Shown here: positions 53,705-64,000 of the stretch, in pieces
Position numbering within the stretch: the first letter of the stretch is position 1
Layout of the letters: every line of letters starts with the position of its first letter
The notes under the pieces: model-generated
Told to the model about the DNA's origin: nothing
Database searches by the model: none
What the model saw: the letters and a program-made list of their open reading frames with translations, nothing else
Assembly: GCA_965243135.1 (NCBI GenBank)
Contig: OZ251539.1
Coordinates: 3,040,001 to 3,104,000 of the forward strand
Direction: 5' to 3'
Origin: Alphaproteobacteria bacterium
Lineage (GTDB): Bacteria; Pseudomonadota; Alphaproteobacteria; MPNO01; UBA830
Length of the DNA stretch: 64,000 bases
Translations under genes and position numbers: made by a program

Positions 53705-54481
53705 TCATTCGCAAACCACTCCGTCCCCGTCCGCGTCGCGCATGAAGGGGTACGCGGGATGGCCGCGCCGCACGGGCGCGATGCCGTGACGCCGCGCTTC
53801 CCGGCAACTGATTCGTCCGTTGCGGTTGTCGTCCCAGCGCTCCGGCGCGGCGCTGGAAGGCCGGTCTTTCCGCGAGGGGGGCGCAGGCGCCGCGACAGCG
53901 TCGCCCAGAACCAGTTCGGTCGAGGCGCAAGCGGAAAGAACCCTTTCGAGAGCGTTCGCTTCGCGCCGGTCGATCGTAAGGCCGTATTTGAGCCGCACCT
54001 GAAGAACGCGGTCCGCAAACCAGCAACGGTTCATCGGCGGCATCCAGTCGGCTGCGTCGTGGTGCCGCTTCAGTCTGCGGTTCACGCGTGGCCCGGCGAG
54101 CGTGAGGTTGAGAAGATCGGAAGCGAAACGCCGCCGGGTCGCGGCGTCGGCCGCGCACAGGCCGCTGTCATGGGCCTCCGACACGGCCACCATGTGTTCG
54201 ATATCCGTGTCGCGCGGCCCCGAAAACCTGCGTCCCGTGTACGGTCCGAAATAGCCCCCCAGACGGGCCGCGATCCGCCTCTCGACGGATTGCGAGTAGG
54301 GATAGTCGCGGCGGTTGTAGGGCGAGCAACGGTTTTCGGGGGCAACGACGAGGCCGCGCCAGCTCTCGGCGGCGGCGGGAACGGGAAGCGTCCAGACGGC
54401 AGTTGCGAAGAGCGCGGCAAGAAAAGGAACTCGCAATCGATTGACGCGCGCTTCGTTCCGGAAATCGGTCTGACGGATCAT
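53705..54481 (-). CDS. secreted His-Me finger nuclease (DUF1524-like) with C-terminal Excalibur Ca-binding domain
   Basis: signal peptide, DIEHMVAVSEAHDSG, DLLNLTLA...N..K, ending RDADGDGVVCE. Confidence 0.8.
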   Translation of the reverse strand: MIRQTDFRNEARVNRLRVPFLAALFATAVWTLPVPAAAESWRGLVVAPENRCSPYNRRDYPYSQSVERRIAARLGGYFGPYTGRRFSGPRDTDIEHMVAVSEAHDSGLCAADAATRRRFASDLLNLTLAGPRVNRRLKRHHDAADWMPPMNRCWFADRVLQVRLKYGLTIDRREANALERVLSACASTELVLGDAVAAPAPPSRKDRPSSAAPERWDDNRNGRISCREARRHGIAPVRRGHPAYPFMRDADGDGVVCE

Positions 54482-54670
54482 GAATTCCTCGCTTCTGCCG
54501 ACCGAATAATAACCCGAAACGCGCCTCGGACGAAATATGCCGACATGACGCCGGAAGAGGTTGCGGGGCTTTCGAACGTCGCGGCTCCTTGACTCGCCTG
54601 CCGCGCCGTTCCGATACTGCTCTCGCGGCAGAGATTGCCGAGCGCCAGCGTTGCACTTCAGGATCAAGAA

Positions 54671-55078
54671 ATGCCGACTAATGGAACGTCGCCGTTCGGT
54701 GCGGGAGGGCTTGAAGAGGCCCTCGAAGAACTGGAACGGATTGACGAGGAGGCCGGGGAAGAAGGATACCCTCCGGTTTCCGATCAAGCCAAAAGCGAAG
54801 CGCGACGCTTGCTGCATGCAGCAGGAACCTTTCCTGTCGAGCCTTCCGTGTATCCGTCGATAGACGGAGGAGTCGCAATATATTTCAAGTCGCCGACCAT
54901 GCCATCGGCGATTCTCGTTCTCGTTGAGAATAGCGGACACGCAGCTTGTTATGCTTCTATCCGCGATAAAATGGAACGCAAGGCTTACCGGAATTCATTG
55001 GAACTTCCGGATGAATTTCTGGAAACGCGACTACGCTCGCTGTGCGGATTTCCTCGACCGCACAAGCCCGGAGAGTGA
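54671..55078 (+). CDS. hypothetical protein, possibly 5'-truncated
   Basis: protein-like composition, PSVYPSIDGGVAIYF; upstream frame contains a stop. Confidence 0.5.
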   Translation: MPTNGTSPFGAGGLEEALEELERIDEEAGEEGYPPVSDQAKSEARRLLHAAGTFPVEPSVYPSIDGGVAIYFKSPTMPSAILVLVENSGHAACYASIRDKMERKAYRNSLELPDEFLETRLRSLCGFPRPHKPGE

Positions 55079-55254
55079 CGAGGCTTCGTCCAGTATCCGA
55101 CGCCTCGGCCGAAGCGCATTTCCGGCGTTATCGGCAAAGACGACCACGCTGTCGACAGTCCCGCCCAAGAGGTCTCATGCAATGGACGATCGCGTTTACG
55201 TCCGAGGGACGGACCAGGAATTTTGTCGAACCGGCGAAGGAATTTCCGGCCCGC

Positions 55255-56145
55255 CTACTCCTTCGCAGGCGCCTTAAACACCTGCTCCGCGTGCCATTCG
55301 ATATGTTTCTTCGCAGGAAAATACGATTGTCTCTGAGGAGAGTTTATCTTTGCGCGGTGAAAACGCCCCAGCCATTCCCGCGAACCCGAACCGTGAACGC
55401 GTTCCGACACAAGTATGTTCAATCGATCCGATAGCCTGAACGCTCCCCGGTCGAACAGCTGATGGTGCAAGGTGCAAAGCGCCAGTCCGTTGTCCTCCGT
55501 ATCGGGACCGTCGGCTTGGCGCCACCTGATGTGCGCCGCATTCAGTCCGACAGCGGAATTTCCAATCCTCATATCGAAGCCGCATACGGCGCACCGGTAC
55601 TCATAGGCCCTCAAGACGTTCTCGCGGAAACCGTCCCAACGCCTGTCCCGCTGCGTGGCTTCGGGAGAATCGATTGGAGAATCGAATTCTATGCCGACAG
55701 CCAACATGATGTCGTCATGATACGACAATGGAAAATGCGCGTTCAGGAGGTCGCGGACGATCCGCTGGGCCAGCACCGGGTCTTTCCGGATTTCATCGGC
55801 GATTTCCCGGGTAAATCCGCCGCTGGTCGGAGCCAAGTCCCTTTTGCTTACGTCCCCGCTCGCATTCTCGACTATCCCGTCGACATTCGTGACCTTCCAC
55901 AGCCTGTCTTTCCTCATCCGCCAATACGGGTATTGGGTGCGATCCGAGCCTGGCGTGCCGAACTCGCGCAACAGTTCTCGCAAGCGCGCGTCGACCTCCG
56001 GATAGGGAGTCAACCGCTCCCCGCCCTGCAACAACTTTCCGATCGCATACAGAACGAGCAACGGCTTGTGAGGCGCCCTTCGCCCATCCTTCGTGCTCCC
56101 TATATTCAGAGCAGCGAACTTCTCGATGACCGACTGTCTATCCAT
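55255..56145 (-). CDS. SBD-HNH endonuclease, putative phosphorothioate-dependent type IV restriction enzyme
   Basis: RAPHKPLLVL and YPYWRM sulfur-binding-domain-type motifs; AYEYRCAVCG...AAHI...NGLALCTLHHQLFDRG. Confidence 0.8.
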   Translation of the reverse strand: MDRQSVIEKFAALNIGSTKDGRRAPHKPLLVLYAIGKLLQGGERLTPYPEVDARLRELLREFGTPGSDRTQYPYWRMRKDRLWKVTNVDGIVENASGDVSKRDLAPTSGGFTREIADEIRKDPVLAQRIVRDLLNAHFPLSYHDDIMLAVGIEFDSPIDSPEATQRDRRWDGFRENVLRAYEYRCAVCGFDMRIGNSAVGLNAAHIRWRQADGPDTEDNGLALCTLHHQLFDRGAFRLSDRLNILVSERVHGSGSREWLGRFHRAKINSPQRQSYFPAKKHIEWHAEQVFKAPAKE

Positions 56146-56307
56146 CGCTCGACCCGCAAGACGGGAAGGACGGATATTCGCGCGTTCGCGGCGGCGCTCG
56201 CATCCTCGCCCCTATCGCCGGCCGCGTCATTCGGGCGCGCTCGCCGATTCCGTCGGCGGAGCGCTTCCGTTCCGCGGCGAACCCGAAAAACGGCATCCCG
56301 TCATTCC

Positions 56308-57690
56308 TCATACGCGCACCACCTTTCCCGGATTCATCAGATTGAGCGGATCCAGAGCGGTTTTCAAGCTTCGCATGAGATCCACCGCCTCGCCGTGCTC
56401 GGCGCGCAGATCGTCGATCTTCCCGTATCCGACCCCGTGCTCCCCGGTGCAGGTTCCTTCCATCTCGAGCGCGCGCGCGACCAGTCTTTCGTTGAGGGCG
56501 CGGGCGCGGGAGACCTCTTCGGCGTCGCCGGGATCCAGCACCATGTCGACATGGAAATTGCCGTCGCCGACATGGCCGACGATGGGCGCGAGCAACCCGG
56601 ACTCCTCGATGTCGCGGCGGGTCTCGGATATGCATTCCGCCAAGCGCGAAATCGGAACGCAAACGTCCGTCGGCCACGCCCTGGCGCCGGGCCGCAGCTG
56701 CATGTTGGCGTAGTGCGCGTCGTGCCGCGCCTGCCAGAGCCGGTTGCGGTCCTCGGGCTTCGACGCCCAGGAAAAGTCGTCGCCGCCCAGTTCGTCGCTG
56801 ATCGCGCGCACGCTCTCGATCTGCTCGGCGACGCCGGAAACGGAGCCGTGGAACTCGAAGAACAGCGTGGGGCGCTCGGGATAACCGAGGCCGGAAAAGT
56901 TGTTCAACGCCCGCATCTGCATCTCGTCGACGAGTTCGATCCGGGCGATCGGCACCCCGGCCTGGATCGTCCGAATGACGGTCCGCACGGCATCATCGAC
57001 CGTCGGATACGTGCAGGTCGCCGCCGAAATCGTCTCCGGAATGCCGTAGAGGCGCAACGTCGCCTCCACGATAATTCCCAGCGTCCCTTCCGAGCCGATG
57101 AAAAGCCGCGTCAGATCGTAACCAGCCGACGACTTGCGGGCGCGCGACCCGGTGCGAATCATGCGGCCGTCCGCGAGCACCACCCCGAGCGACAGCACGT
57201 TGTCGCGCATCGTCCCGTAACGCACCGCGTTGGTCCCCGAAGCGCGAGTGGCCGTCATGCCGCCCAGCGTCGCGTCGGCGCCGGGGTCGATGGGAAAGAA
57301 CAGACCCGTATCGCGCAGATGGGCGTTGAGTTGCTTGCGGGTCACGCCCGGCTCCACCGTGACGTCGAGGTCGTCGGTGTTGACGCGCAGTACCGCGTTC
57401 ATCCGGCCGACGTCGACGCAGACCCCCCCGTGCAGCGCGGCGATATGGCCTTCGAGCGAGGTGCCGACGCCGAACGGTATGACAGGCGTGCGGTGATCGC
57501 GGCAGATGCGAACGATCTCCGCGACCTCGGCGGACGTCTCGGGAAACACCACCGCATCGGGCGCCATGGGCTTGTGATAGGATTCATCCGCGCCGTGCCG
57601 CTCGCGGACCGACGGATTCGTCGTCAGCCGGTCGCCGAATCGCTGGCCGAGGACCTCGACCGCGGTACGGATCGCTGCTGCTCCGTCCAT
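56308..57690 (-). CDS. FAD-linked oxidoreductase, D-lactate dehydrogenase (cytochrome) type
   Basis: GVGTSLEG, DPGADATLGG, GSEGTLG, GHVGDGNFH, GEHGVG, MNPGK. Confidence 0.92.
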   Translation of the reverse strand: MDGAAAIRTAVEVLGQRFGDRLTTNPSVRERHGADESYHKPMAPDAVVFPETSAEVAEIVRICRDHRTPVIPFGVGTSLEGHIAALHGGVCVDVGRMNAVLRVNTDDLDVTVEPGVTRKQLNAHLRDTGLFFPIDPGADATLGGMTATRASGTNAVRYGTMRDNVLSLGVVLADGRMIRTGSRARKSSAGYDLTRLFIGSEGTLGIIVEATLRLYGIPETISAATCTYPTVDDAVRTVIRTIQAGVPIARIELVDEMQMRALNNFSGLGYPERPTLFFEFHGSVSGVAEQIESVRAISDELGGDDFSWASKPEDRNRLWQARHDAHYANMQLRPGARAWPTDVCVPISRLAECISETRRDIEESGLLAPIVGHVGDGNFHVDMVLDPGDAEEVSRARALNERLVARALEMEGTCTGEHGVGYGKIDDLRAEHGEAVDLMRSLKTALDPLNLMNPGKVVRV

Positions 57691-57805
57691 CAAATTCTCC
57701 TCCCTCGCGAATTCTCGATTTATCCGCTCCGGCCCGCCCAGTCGTCATCCCGTCGAAACGAACCGGGAATCCTTTCGGCTCCTCTGCGGTCGCCCGGATT
57801 CTTGA

Positions 57806-58205
57806 CTATATCAGCAAAATTTCTCCGGATCCGCAAACGAAAAATTTATGTATCGAAAGCATCGTCAAGCAAGCCAGAGGAACGGAGAGCGCCAATATGC
57901 AAAAAACGAGGAGCTCGGGCCAAATTCCGATCATCCGTCCGTTGCCCGTTGCAAACGTCGATATTGCGAAACCGAAAGAACGCCTGATATTCGTCCCCAT
58001 TTCTTGATTCCATTGCACGATACCGCGCATTTCGCATTTCGTCTTTGAATAGTGTCGAGCGCTGCCGCACCATCGGACGCCCGGAACGCATATAGAGCAA
58101 AATTTTTACGCCGCTTATCCAAAAGCATCGCAGAAGGTCCGCCCCAGACGCCGAAGAAAAGGGCGAACGCCGTTTCAAGAAACGAGGTATAAATTGATTC
58201 GGCAC
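57806..58205 (-). pseudogene. possible frameshifted membrane protein downstream of 58219-58839
   Basis: AT-rich; hydrophobic stretch IWPELLVFCILALSVPLACLTML lies in a different frame from the upstream part. Confidence 0.3.
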
Positions 58206-58218
58206 GACACCCTTCTTA

Positions 58219-58839
58219 TCAATCCGGTATGGAAACCAGAGGTTCGCCGCCATCGAACAGTATACGGTCGAAAACTTGAGACAGCTTTCCAGCTGTCTTC
58301 TTGTCGCCAAAATTGACGTGAGCTTTGAACTTCTCGGGGTCAGTCTCCAAACGATAAGCCCGCTCGTCAATGATTACCATATGATGACAGAACTTCTCCC
58401 TTCGAAGAAATCTAATATTGTCTTTCCGGGCTCTGCGAACTCTGAACCCGCCGCCCATCCGACCTTCGTCCCGAAGCCCGTACGCCGTATCGATCATTGG
58501 ATGATCCTCCATTCGTTGTCCCTCCATCAAATCGATAGGATTTTCTAAAACAATCCTCATGTCGGTACCGGATCTCGACAGGAAATTCCTGACTGCGGCC
58601 ACGACATGCGAATCGCCATATATTTTAAGTTCGTCCGTACGCTGCTTGAGCGTCCCCGAAAACAAACGCACCGTATTCTTCGCTTTTCTCAGAAATTCTT
58701 CGATCAGATAAATCGCATGTATCGGGCGGCCATTCTTGACGACGACATTGGCGCCCTCGTCAAGCATCCGTTCTACATAGTCAAAGTAGAAGCGCTCCGA
58801 TTCAGTCCACGTTTCCTTGTCGAAAGGACTAATTTGCAT
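58219..58839 (-). CDS. hypothetical protein with possible degenerate PLD-like fold
   Basis: AKNTVRLFSGTL, MRIVLE, HHMVIIDERAYRLE...VNFGD; AT-richer than flanks. Confidence 0.65.
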   Translation of the reverse strand: MQISPFDKETWTESERFYFDYVERMLDEGANVVVKNGRPIHAIYLIEEFLRKAKNTVRLFSGTLKQRTDELKIYGDSHVVAAVRNFLSRSGTDMRIVLENPIDLMEGQRMEDHPMIDTAYGLRDEGRMGGGFRVRRARKDNIRFLRREKFCHHMVIIDERAYRLETDPEKFKAHVNFGDKKTAGKLSQVFDRILFDGGEPLVSIPD

Positions 58840-59308
58840 TGTTCGCCCCGTCGTTGTTCAGCAGTCTAAACAATTCGTTCAGTCGACTGTCGCCTTTCGA
58901 GGCTGCACGGTTCCAATGCCTCAGTATTTCCACGAGCCGTCACCGCTCGCGTATACCGCAGATATAGGATCGACTTCCTGCGATTCAAGTAAAATAAATC
59001 AGACGTTTTCGTGTCAAGCGCGCCGCAAGGACATTCGAAGCGAGCTCCGATACGGAGCCGGTCCCTTGCCGGGTGCGCGTCCGATTTACGCCTCTGCCGC
59101 TTGAACGGAAACGCCCGCGCCGTCCAACGCGAAGGACAAACGGCGCGTCGGCGCTGCGCGACGGCCGACGGCCACGGCGGCGCCCAACTCCCTGCCACTA
59201 TGTCGCCCTCTGCAAAGGGAGCGCGGCCGGTACGCGGCGGGTTGACTACGGAGTGTCTCGAAAATCGCGCCGGCAGCGGCGCAGGGCCCGACCGGGGCTT
59301 CCGGGTCG

Positions 59309-60097
59309 CTACGGTTGCGCTCTCATGCTTTCGGACAGCAGGTCCGAGACGAACATGTAACCCGGGGCGTGGGTGATCGCCAGTCCCGGACGGGCGTTCG
59401 CGATCGCCTCCTGGGGCGTTACGCCGCACGCCCAGAAGACCGGAATCTCGCCGTCCTCCACGGTGACCGGCAGGCCGTAATCCGGCTTTTGGATGTCGCG
59501 GATTCCCAGCGCCGCAGGCTCGCCGATCCGGAGAGGGGATCCATGGGCCATCGGATAGGCAGCGGTAACCTCCGCCGCGCGAACCGCGTCCGCCGGGCTG
59601 TAGGGGCGCATGCTGACGACCAGAGGCCCTGCGAACCTGCCGGCGGGGACGGCCGGTTGCTCGGTGCGGAACATGGGCACGATTCCGCTTTCCCTGATAT
59701 GGCGCGGCTCGAGCCCGGCCGCGGCAAGAGCCTCCTCCGCCGTAAAGGAACATCCCAGAAGAAAAGTCACGAGGTCCTCGCGCCACAGATCGAGAATCTC
59801 CGATGCCTCGCCGACGGGCGCGCCGTCGCGAAAGACGCGGTATCGCGGCAGGTCGGTCCGCACGTCCGCCCCCGGCGCGCACGACCGGGGTTCCGGATTG
59901 CCGGCCTCGAGAATCTCGAGCACGGGGCACGGTTTCGGATTGCGCCGGCAGAACAGTTCGAAGTCTCCGGCGTCGGCCGCCGGAAGGATGACCATGTTGG
60001 CCTGAACGTATCCGCGGGCGTGGCCGGAGGTCGGCCCGTCGTATTCCCCCGCGCGGCAAGCGGCCCGCAACGTCGCCGGAACGGCATGAAATTCCAT
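59309..60097 (-). CDS. DUF1445 putative hydro-lyase / D-glutamate cyclase family
   Basis: GYVQANMVILP, RNPKPCP, DVRTDLPRY, GCSF, VFWACGVTPQ, THAPG. Confidence 0.9.
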   Translation of the reverse strand: MEFHAVPATLRAACRAGEYDGPTSGHARGYVQANMVILPAADAGDFELFCRRNPKPCPVLEILEAGNPEPRSCAPGADVRTDLPRYRVFRDGAPVGEASEILDLWREDLVTFLLGCSFTAEEALAAAGLEPRHIRESGIVPMFRTEQPAVPAGRFAGPLVVSMRPYSPADAVRAAEVTAAYPMAHGSPLRIGEPAALGIRDIQKPDYGLPVTVEDGEIPVFWACGVTPQEAIANARPGLAITHAPGYMFVSDLLSESMRAQP

Positions 60098-60099
60098 CG

Positions 60100-63000
60100 C
60101 TACTCCCCCGCCGCTCCGTATCCGCCGCCGCCCGGCGTTTCGATGACGTAGACGTCGCCCGGCGCCACCTCGACGCTGTCGGTGCCGCCCTGCTCCGTAA
60201 CCGAGCTGTCGGCGCGCTCGACATAGTTGCGTCCCGTCATTCCCGGCGCGCCCCCGTTCATCCCGTAAGGCGGGATTCTGCGGTGGCCCGACAATATCGA
60301 CGCCGTCATCGCTTCGCGAAAACGGATGCGGCGGATCACGCCGTCGCCGCCGCGGCGCCGGCCCGCGCCGCCGGAACCCCGCCGTATGGCGAACGACTCC
60401 AGGATGACCGGATACCGCCATTCGAGAATTTCCGGGTCGGTCAGCCGGGTGTTGGTCATGTGCGTGTGAACCGCGTCGGCTCCGTCGAAGTCCGCGCCTG
60501 CGCCTGCGCCGCCGCAAACGGTCTCGTAATACTGATACCGGGCGTTGCCGAACGTGAAGTTGTTCATCGTGCCCTGCGACGCGCCCATCAGGCCGAGCGC
60601 GCCAAGAATCGCGTCGGTGATCGCCTGCGACGTCTCGACGTTGCCGGCGACCACGGCGGCGGGATAACGGGGCCGCAGCATGCAGTCCTCCGGCACGACA
60701 ATGTCGAGCGGCTTGAGGCATCCGGAATTGAGCGGGATATCGGAATCCACGAGGAGGCGGAAACTGTAGAGCACGGCGGCGACCGCCACCGCGTGCGTGA
60801 TGTTGAAGTTGTTGTCCTGCTGCGGCGAAGTGCCGGTGAAATCGACGACGGCCGAACGGGTTTCCCGATGCACCGTCACCGCGACCCTGATCCTGGCTCC
60901 GAAATCCATCTCGTACTCGAACGCGCCGTCGGAGAGCCGGTCGATGACCCGCCTCACGCATTCTTCGGCGTTGTTCTGAACGTGCTTCATGTAGGCGAGG
61001 ACGACGTCGAGCCCGAAATGCGCCACCATCCGGCGCAGCTCCCGCACCCCTTTTTCGTTCGCCGCGATCTGCGCTTTCAGATCTCCGAGATTGTGATGGA
61101 AGTTGCGAGTCGGCCAGGGCGCGGTGGTGAAAAGCTCCTCCAACTCGCGCTCGCGAAGCCGCCCGCCGTCCACGAGCTGAAAATCGTCGATCAGCACGCC
61201 CTCTTCGTCGATATGGCGCGAATCGGGCGGCATCGATCCCGGAGTCTTGCCGCCGATTTCCGCGTGGTGGCCCCGCGAAGCGACATAGAAGAGAATCCGG
61301 TCCTCGCCCTCGTCGAAGACGGGCGTCATCACCGTCACGTCGGGCAGATGAGTGCCGCCGTTGTAGGGGGCGTTGAGAACGAAGACGTCGCCGCGCTTCA
61401 CCGTATCGCCGCGCTGGCGAATGATCGTCTTGACGCTCTCGCTCATGGAGCCGAGGTGGACCGGGATGTGCGGCGCGTTGGCCACGAGGTCTCCGTTCGG
61501 ATCGAAGACGGCGCAGGAAAAGTCCAGTCTCTCCTTGATGTTCACCGAGTACGACGTGTTCATCAGAACGACGCCCATCTGTTCGGCGATGGACATGAAC
61601 AGGTTGTTGAACACCTCGAGCATGACGGGATCCCAGCCTTCGCCGGAACCGCCGGCCGGAACCCCGGTCGGCATGCGCGCCTCGAACCGCCGCATCACCA
61701 GATGGTTGCGTTCCGTGATTTCGACGCGCCAGCCCGGGTCGACGACCGTGGTGGCGTTGTCGTCGACGACGATGGCGGGCCCCTCCACGGTCGTTCCGGG
61801 CGAAAGGGCGTCGCGGTCGAATACGGGCGCGGTCCGCATCTCGCCGGCCGCGTGCATGGCGACGAGGCCCAATGGTTCGGCGGCGGCCGCCGCCGCTTCC
61901 CCCGCAGGGTCCTCGTCCGCGGCGGAGCCGCCGCCGATCGCCTCGACCGTCACCGCCTCCACCACGTTCCTCTTTTCCGGCGCGACGAAACCGAACTGCC
62001 GCATGTGGGCGTCTTCGAACGCGGCGCGCATCTCGTCGGCCGCGCCGAGGTCGACGACCAGAGCGGTGTCCGCTCCCTCGTAACGAAGATGCGCCCTGGC
62101 GACGAACGCGATTTCGTCCGGCGGCACGCCCTGCGCTTCCATTTCCGCTCGGCCCGACGCGCCGAGTTCGCCGGAAATCGCCGCCAGTTCCGGTTCGAGC
62201 GCCGGTTCGAGAGCCTTTTCGACCGCGCGCTCCCGAATGAGCCTGTGCTCGGCGAGGCCCATGCCGTAGGCCGAGAGGACGCCGGCGAACGGATGGACGA
62301 AGACGGTCGTCATGCCGAGCGCGTCCGCGACGAGGCAGGCGTGCTGCCCGCCCGCGCCTCCGAAGCAGTTCAGGGCGTATTCGGTGACGTCGTAGCCGCG
62401 CTGCACCGAAATCCGCTTGATCGCGTTCGCCATGTTGTCGACCGCGATCCTGAGAAATCCCGCGGCGACCTCGACCGGAGGGCGCCTGTCGCCGGTCGCC
62501 GACGCGATTTCGGACGCCAGCTTCTCGAATTCGCCGCGCACCGCCCCGTCGTCGAGAGGCTGGTCGGCGCCGGGGCCGAATACCTTGGGAAAGAAGTCGG
62601 GCTGGATCCGGCCCAGCATGACGTTCGCGTCGGTGACGCAGAGCGGACCGCCGCGACGGTAACAGGCGGGGCCGGGGTCCGCGCCCGCCGACTCCGGGCC
62701 GACGCGGTAGCGCGCGCCGTCGAAACGCAGAATGGACCCTCCGCCCGCGGCGACGGTGTGAATGTTCATCATCGGGGCCCGCATGCGGACTCCGGCGACG
62801 AGGGTTTCGAAGGCGCGTTCGTACTCCCCGTCGTAATGAGCGACGTCGGTCGAGGTGCCGCCCATGTCGAAACTGATGATCTTGCCGAACCCCGCCGCCG
62901 CGGCCGCGCGCGCGGCTCCGACGATGCCGCCGGCCGGGCCGGAAAGGATGGAATCCTTGCCCCGGAAAACCCGCGCGTCCGCCAGTCCGCCGTTGGACTG

Positions 63001-63729
63001 CATGAACATCAGCCGCGCGTCGCCGACGCTCGCGGCGATCATATCCACGTACCGCCGCAGAATCGGCGACACATAGGCGTCGACGACGGTCGTGTCTCCC
63101 CGGCCGACGAATTTCATGAGCGGGCTGACCTCGTGGGACACCGAAATCTGCGCGAATCCAATATCGCAGGCGATTTCGGCAACGATCTTCTCGTGATCGC
63201 GATGCCGGTAGCCGTGCATGAAGACGATGGCGACCGAGCCGACGCCGTCATCGCGGACAGCCTGCAGAGCACGGCGGGCCGCCTCCCGATCGACCGGAAT
63301 CAGCACTTCGCCTTCGGCGGAAACGCGCTCGTCGATCTCGACCGTCCTCTCGTACAGGAGCTCCGGCAGTTCGATCCGGCGAGCGAAGATGTCCGGCCTG
63401 TTCTGGTATCCGATGCGAAGTTGATCGGCGAAGCCCCGGGTGACGACCAACGCGACGCGCTCGCCCTTGCGTTCGAGCAACGCGTTGGTGGCTACGGTCG
63501 TGCCCATCTTGACGGCGTCCACGGCGCCGTCCGGCAGGGGGGCGTCGGCGGCGAGGCCGAGGGTCTCCCGAATGCCCTGCACCGCGGCGTCAGCATAGCG
63601 TCCAGGGTTTTCCGAAAGCAGCTTGCGGGCGAGCAGCTTGCCGTCCGGGTCGCGGATCACGAAGTCCGTGAAGGTGCCTCCCCGATCAATCCAGAATTGC
63701 CAGCCCGCTCGTTTCCGAACGTCGGTCAT
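60100..63729 (-). CDS. oplA: ATP-dependent 5-oxoprolinase (fused hydantoinase A/B)
   Basis: [55 protein letters not shown]. Confidence 0.95.
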   Translation of the reverse strand: MTDVRKRAGWQFWIDRGGTFTDFVIRDPDGKLLARKLLSENPGRYADAAVQGIRETLGLAADAPLPDGAVDAVKMGTTVATNALLERKGERVALVVTRGFADQLRIGYQNRPDIFARRIELPELLYERTVEIDERVSAEGEVLIPVDREAARRALQAVRDDGVGSVAIVFMHGYRHRDHEKIVAEIACDIGFAQISVSHEVSPLMKFVGRGDTTVVDAYVSPILRRYVDMIAASVGDARLMFMQSNGGLADARVFRGKDSILSGPAGGIVGAARAAAAAGFGKIISFDMGGTSTDVAHYDGEYERAFETLVAGVRMRAPMMNIHTVAAGGGSILRFDGARYRVGPESAGADPGPACYRRGGPLCVTDANVMLGRIQPDFFPKVFGPGADQPLDDGAVRGEFEKLASEIASATGDRRPPVEVAAGFLRIAVDNMANAIKRISVQRGYDVTEYALNCFGGAGGQHACLVADALGMTTVFVHPFAGVLSAYGMGLAEHRLIRERAVEKALEPALEPELAAISGELGASGRAEMEAQGVPPDEIAFVARAHLRYEGADTALVVDLGAADEMRAAFEDAHMRQFGFVAPEKRNVVEAVTVEAIGGGSAADEDPAGEAAAAAAEPLGLVAMHAAGEMRTAPVFDRDALSPGTTVEGPAIVVDDNATTVVDPGWRVEITERNHLVMRRFEARMPTGVPAGGSGEGWDPVMLEVFNNLFMSIAEQMGVVLMNTSYSVNIKERLDFSCAVFDPNGDLVANAPHIPVHLGSMSESVKTIIRQRGDTVKRGDVFVLNAPYNGGTHLPDVTVMTPVFDEGEDRILFYVASRGHHAEIGGKTPGSMPPDSRHIDEEGVLIDDFQLVDGGRLRERELEELFTTAPWPTRNFHHNLGDLKAQIAANEKGVRELRRMVAHFGLDVVLAYMKHVQNNAEECVRRVIDRLSDGAFEYEMDFGARIRVAVTVHRETRSAVVDFTGTSPQQDNNFNITHAVAVAAVLYSFRLLVDSDIPLNSGCLKPLDIVVPEDCMLRPRYPAAVVAGNVETSQAITDAILGALGLMGASQGTMNNFTFGNARYQYYETVCGGAGAGADFDGADAVHTHMTNTRLTDPEILEWRYPVILESFAIRRGSGGAGRRRGGDGVIRRIRFREAMTASILSGHRRIPPYGMNGGAPGMTGRNYVERADSSVTEQGGTDSVEVAPGDVYVIETPGGGGYGAAGE

Positions 63730-64000
63730 CGTGGCCTCCCGTGACGGCGCTCACCGAGGACGAGGCTTCGCCGCGCGGCGCCTTGCGTCGTCGCGACCTC
63801 GGCCCCCGCCCTCCGCGAGCTTCGGGCGCCTGGCCGCGCCTCCTGATTTCCGAACGAACGGCGGAAACCGTCCGAAGCGATGTCCGCTTGGTGAACTTGC
63901 CGTCGCGCCGCGCAGAAATCCCTGCACCCGAGGCACCCGAGGCACGACTATACACGACCATACACCCCGATTCACGGTGCGCATAGCCTCAAGGGGCCCG

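Noticed and set aside
60283-63744. 1153-aa + strand ORF and similar long antisense ORFs (241-2514, 8099-10153, 51784-53745, 55462-57987)
   Set aside because: Shadow frames opposite well-supported genes, expected from high-GC codon bias
63945-64000. Possible IS/MITE end at the window edge
   Set aside because: Too little sequence to find a partner end or target duplication

Overview
GC-rich alphaproteobacterial chromosome segment. Gene order and a permuted two-piece tmRNA support the class; a host-associated, sponge-symbiont-like lifestyle is only an inference from the AAA-nuclease expansion and pseudogene load. The conserved backbone is ilvC-ilvN-ilvB-miaA-degP-hflC-hflK-mrp ... folA-thyA-ssrA ... 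sspB-fumA ... fumC-asmA ... lactate dehydrogenase ... 5-oxoprolinase. Accessory DNA interrupts it: (i) four mosaic AAA-ATPase/PD-(D/E)XK paralogues, each with a -35/-10 promoter placed for leaderless translation; (ii) a decaying defence island of about 15 kb (HNH, nested IS elements with exact 9-bp target duplications, XRE-nucleotidyltransferase pair, DGQHR, DUF3800, type IIG remnant, SacI-like REase with an adenine MTase); (iii) an insert next to ssrA with a helicase/DarT-like chimera translationally coupled to an intact ADP-ribosylglycohydrolase; (iv) an orphan NHLP/proteusin-type RiPP precursor; (v) a phosphorothioate-sensing-type HNH nuclease. The best candidate for an undescribed system is the DarT-like/ARH module. 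All family calls come from motifs recognised by eye, not from database searches.
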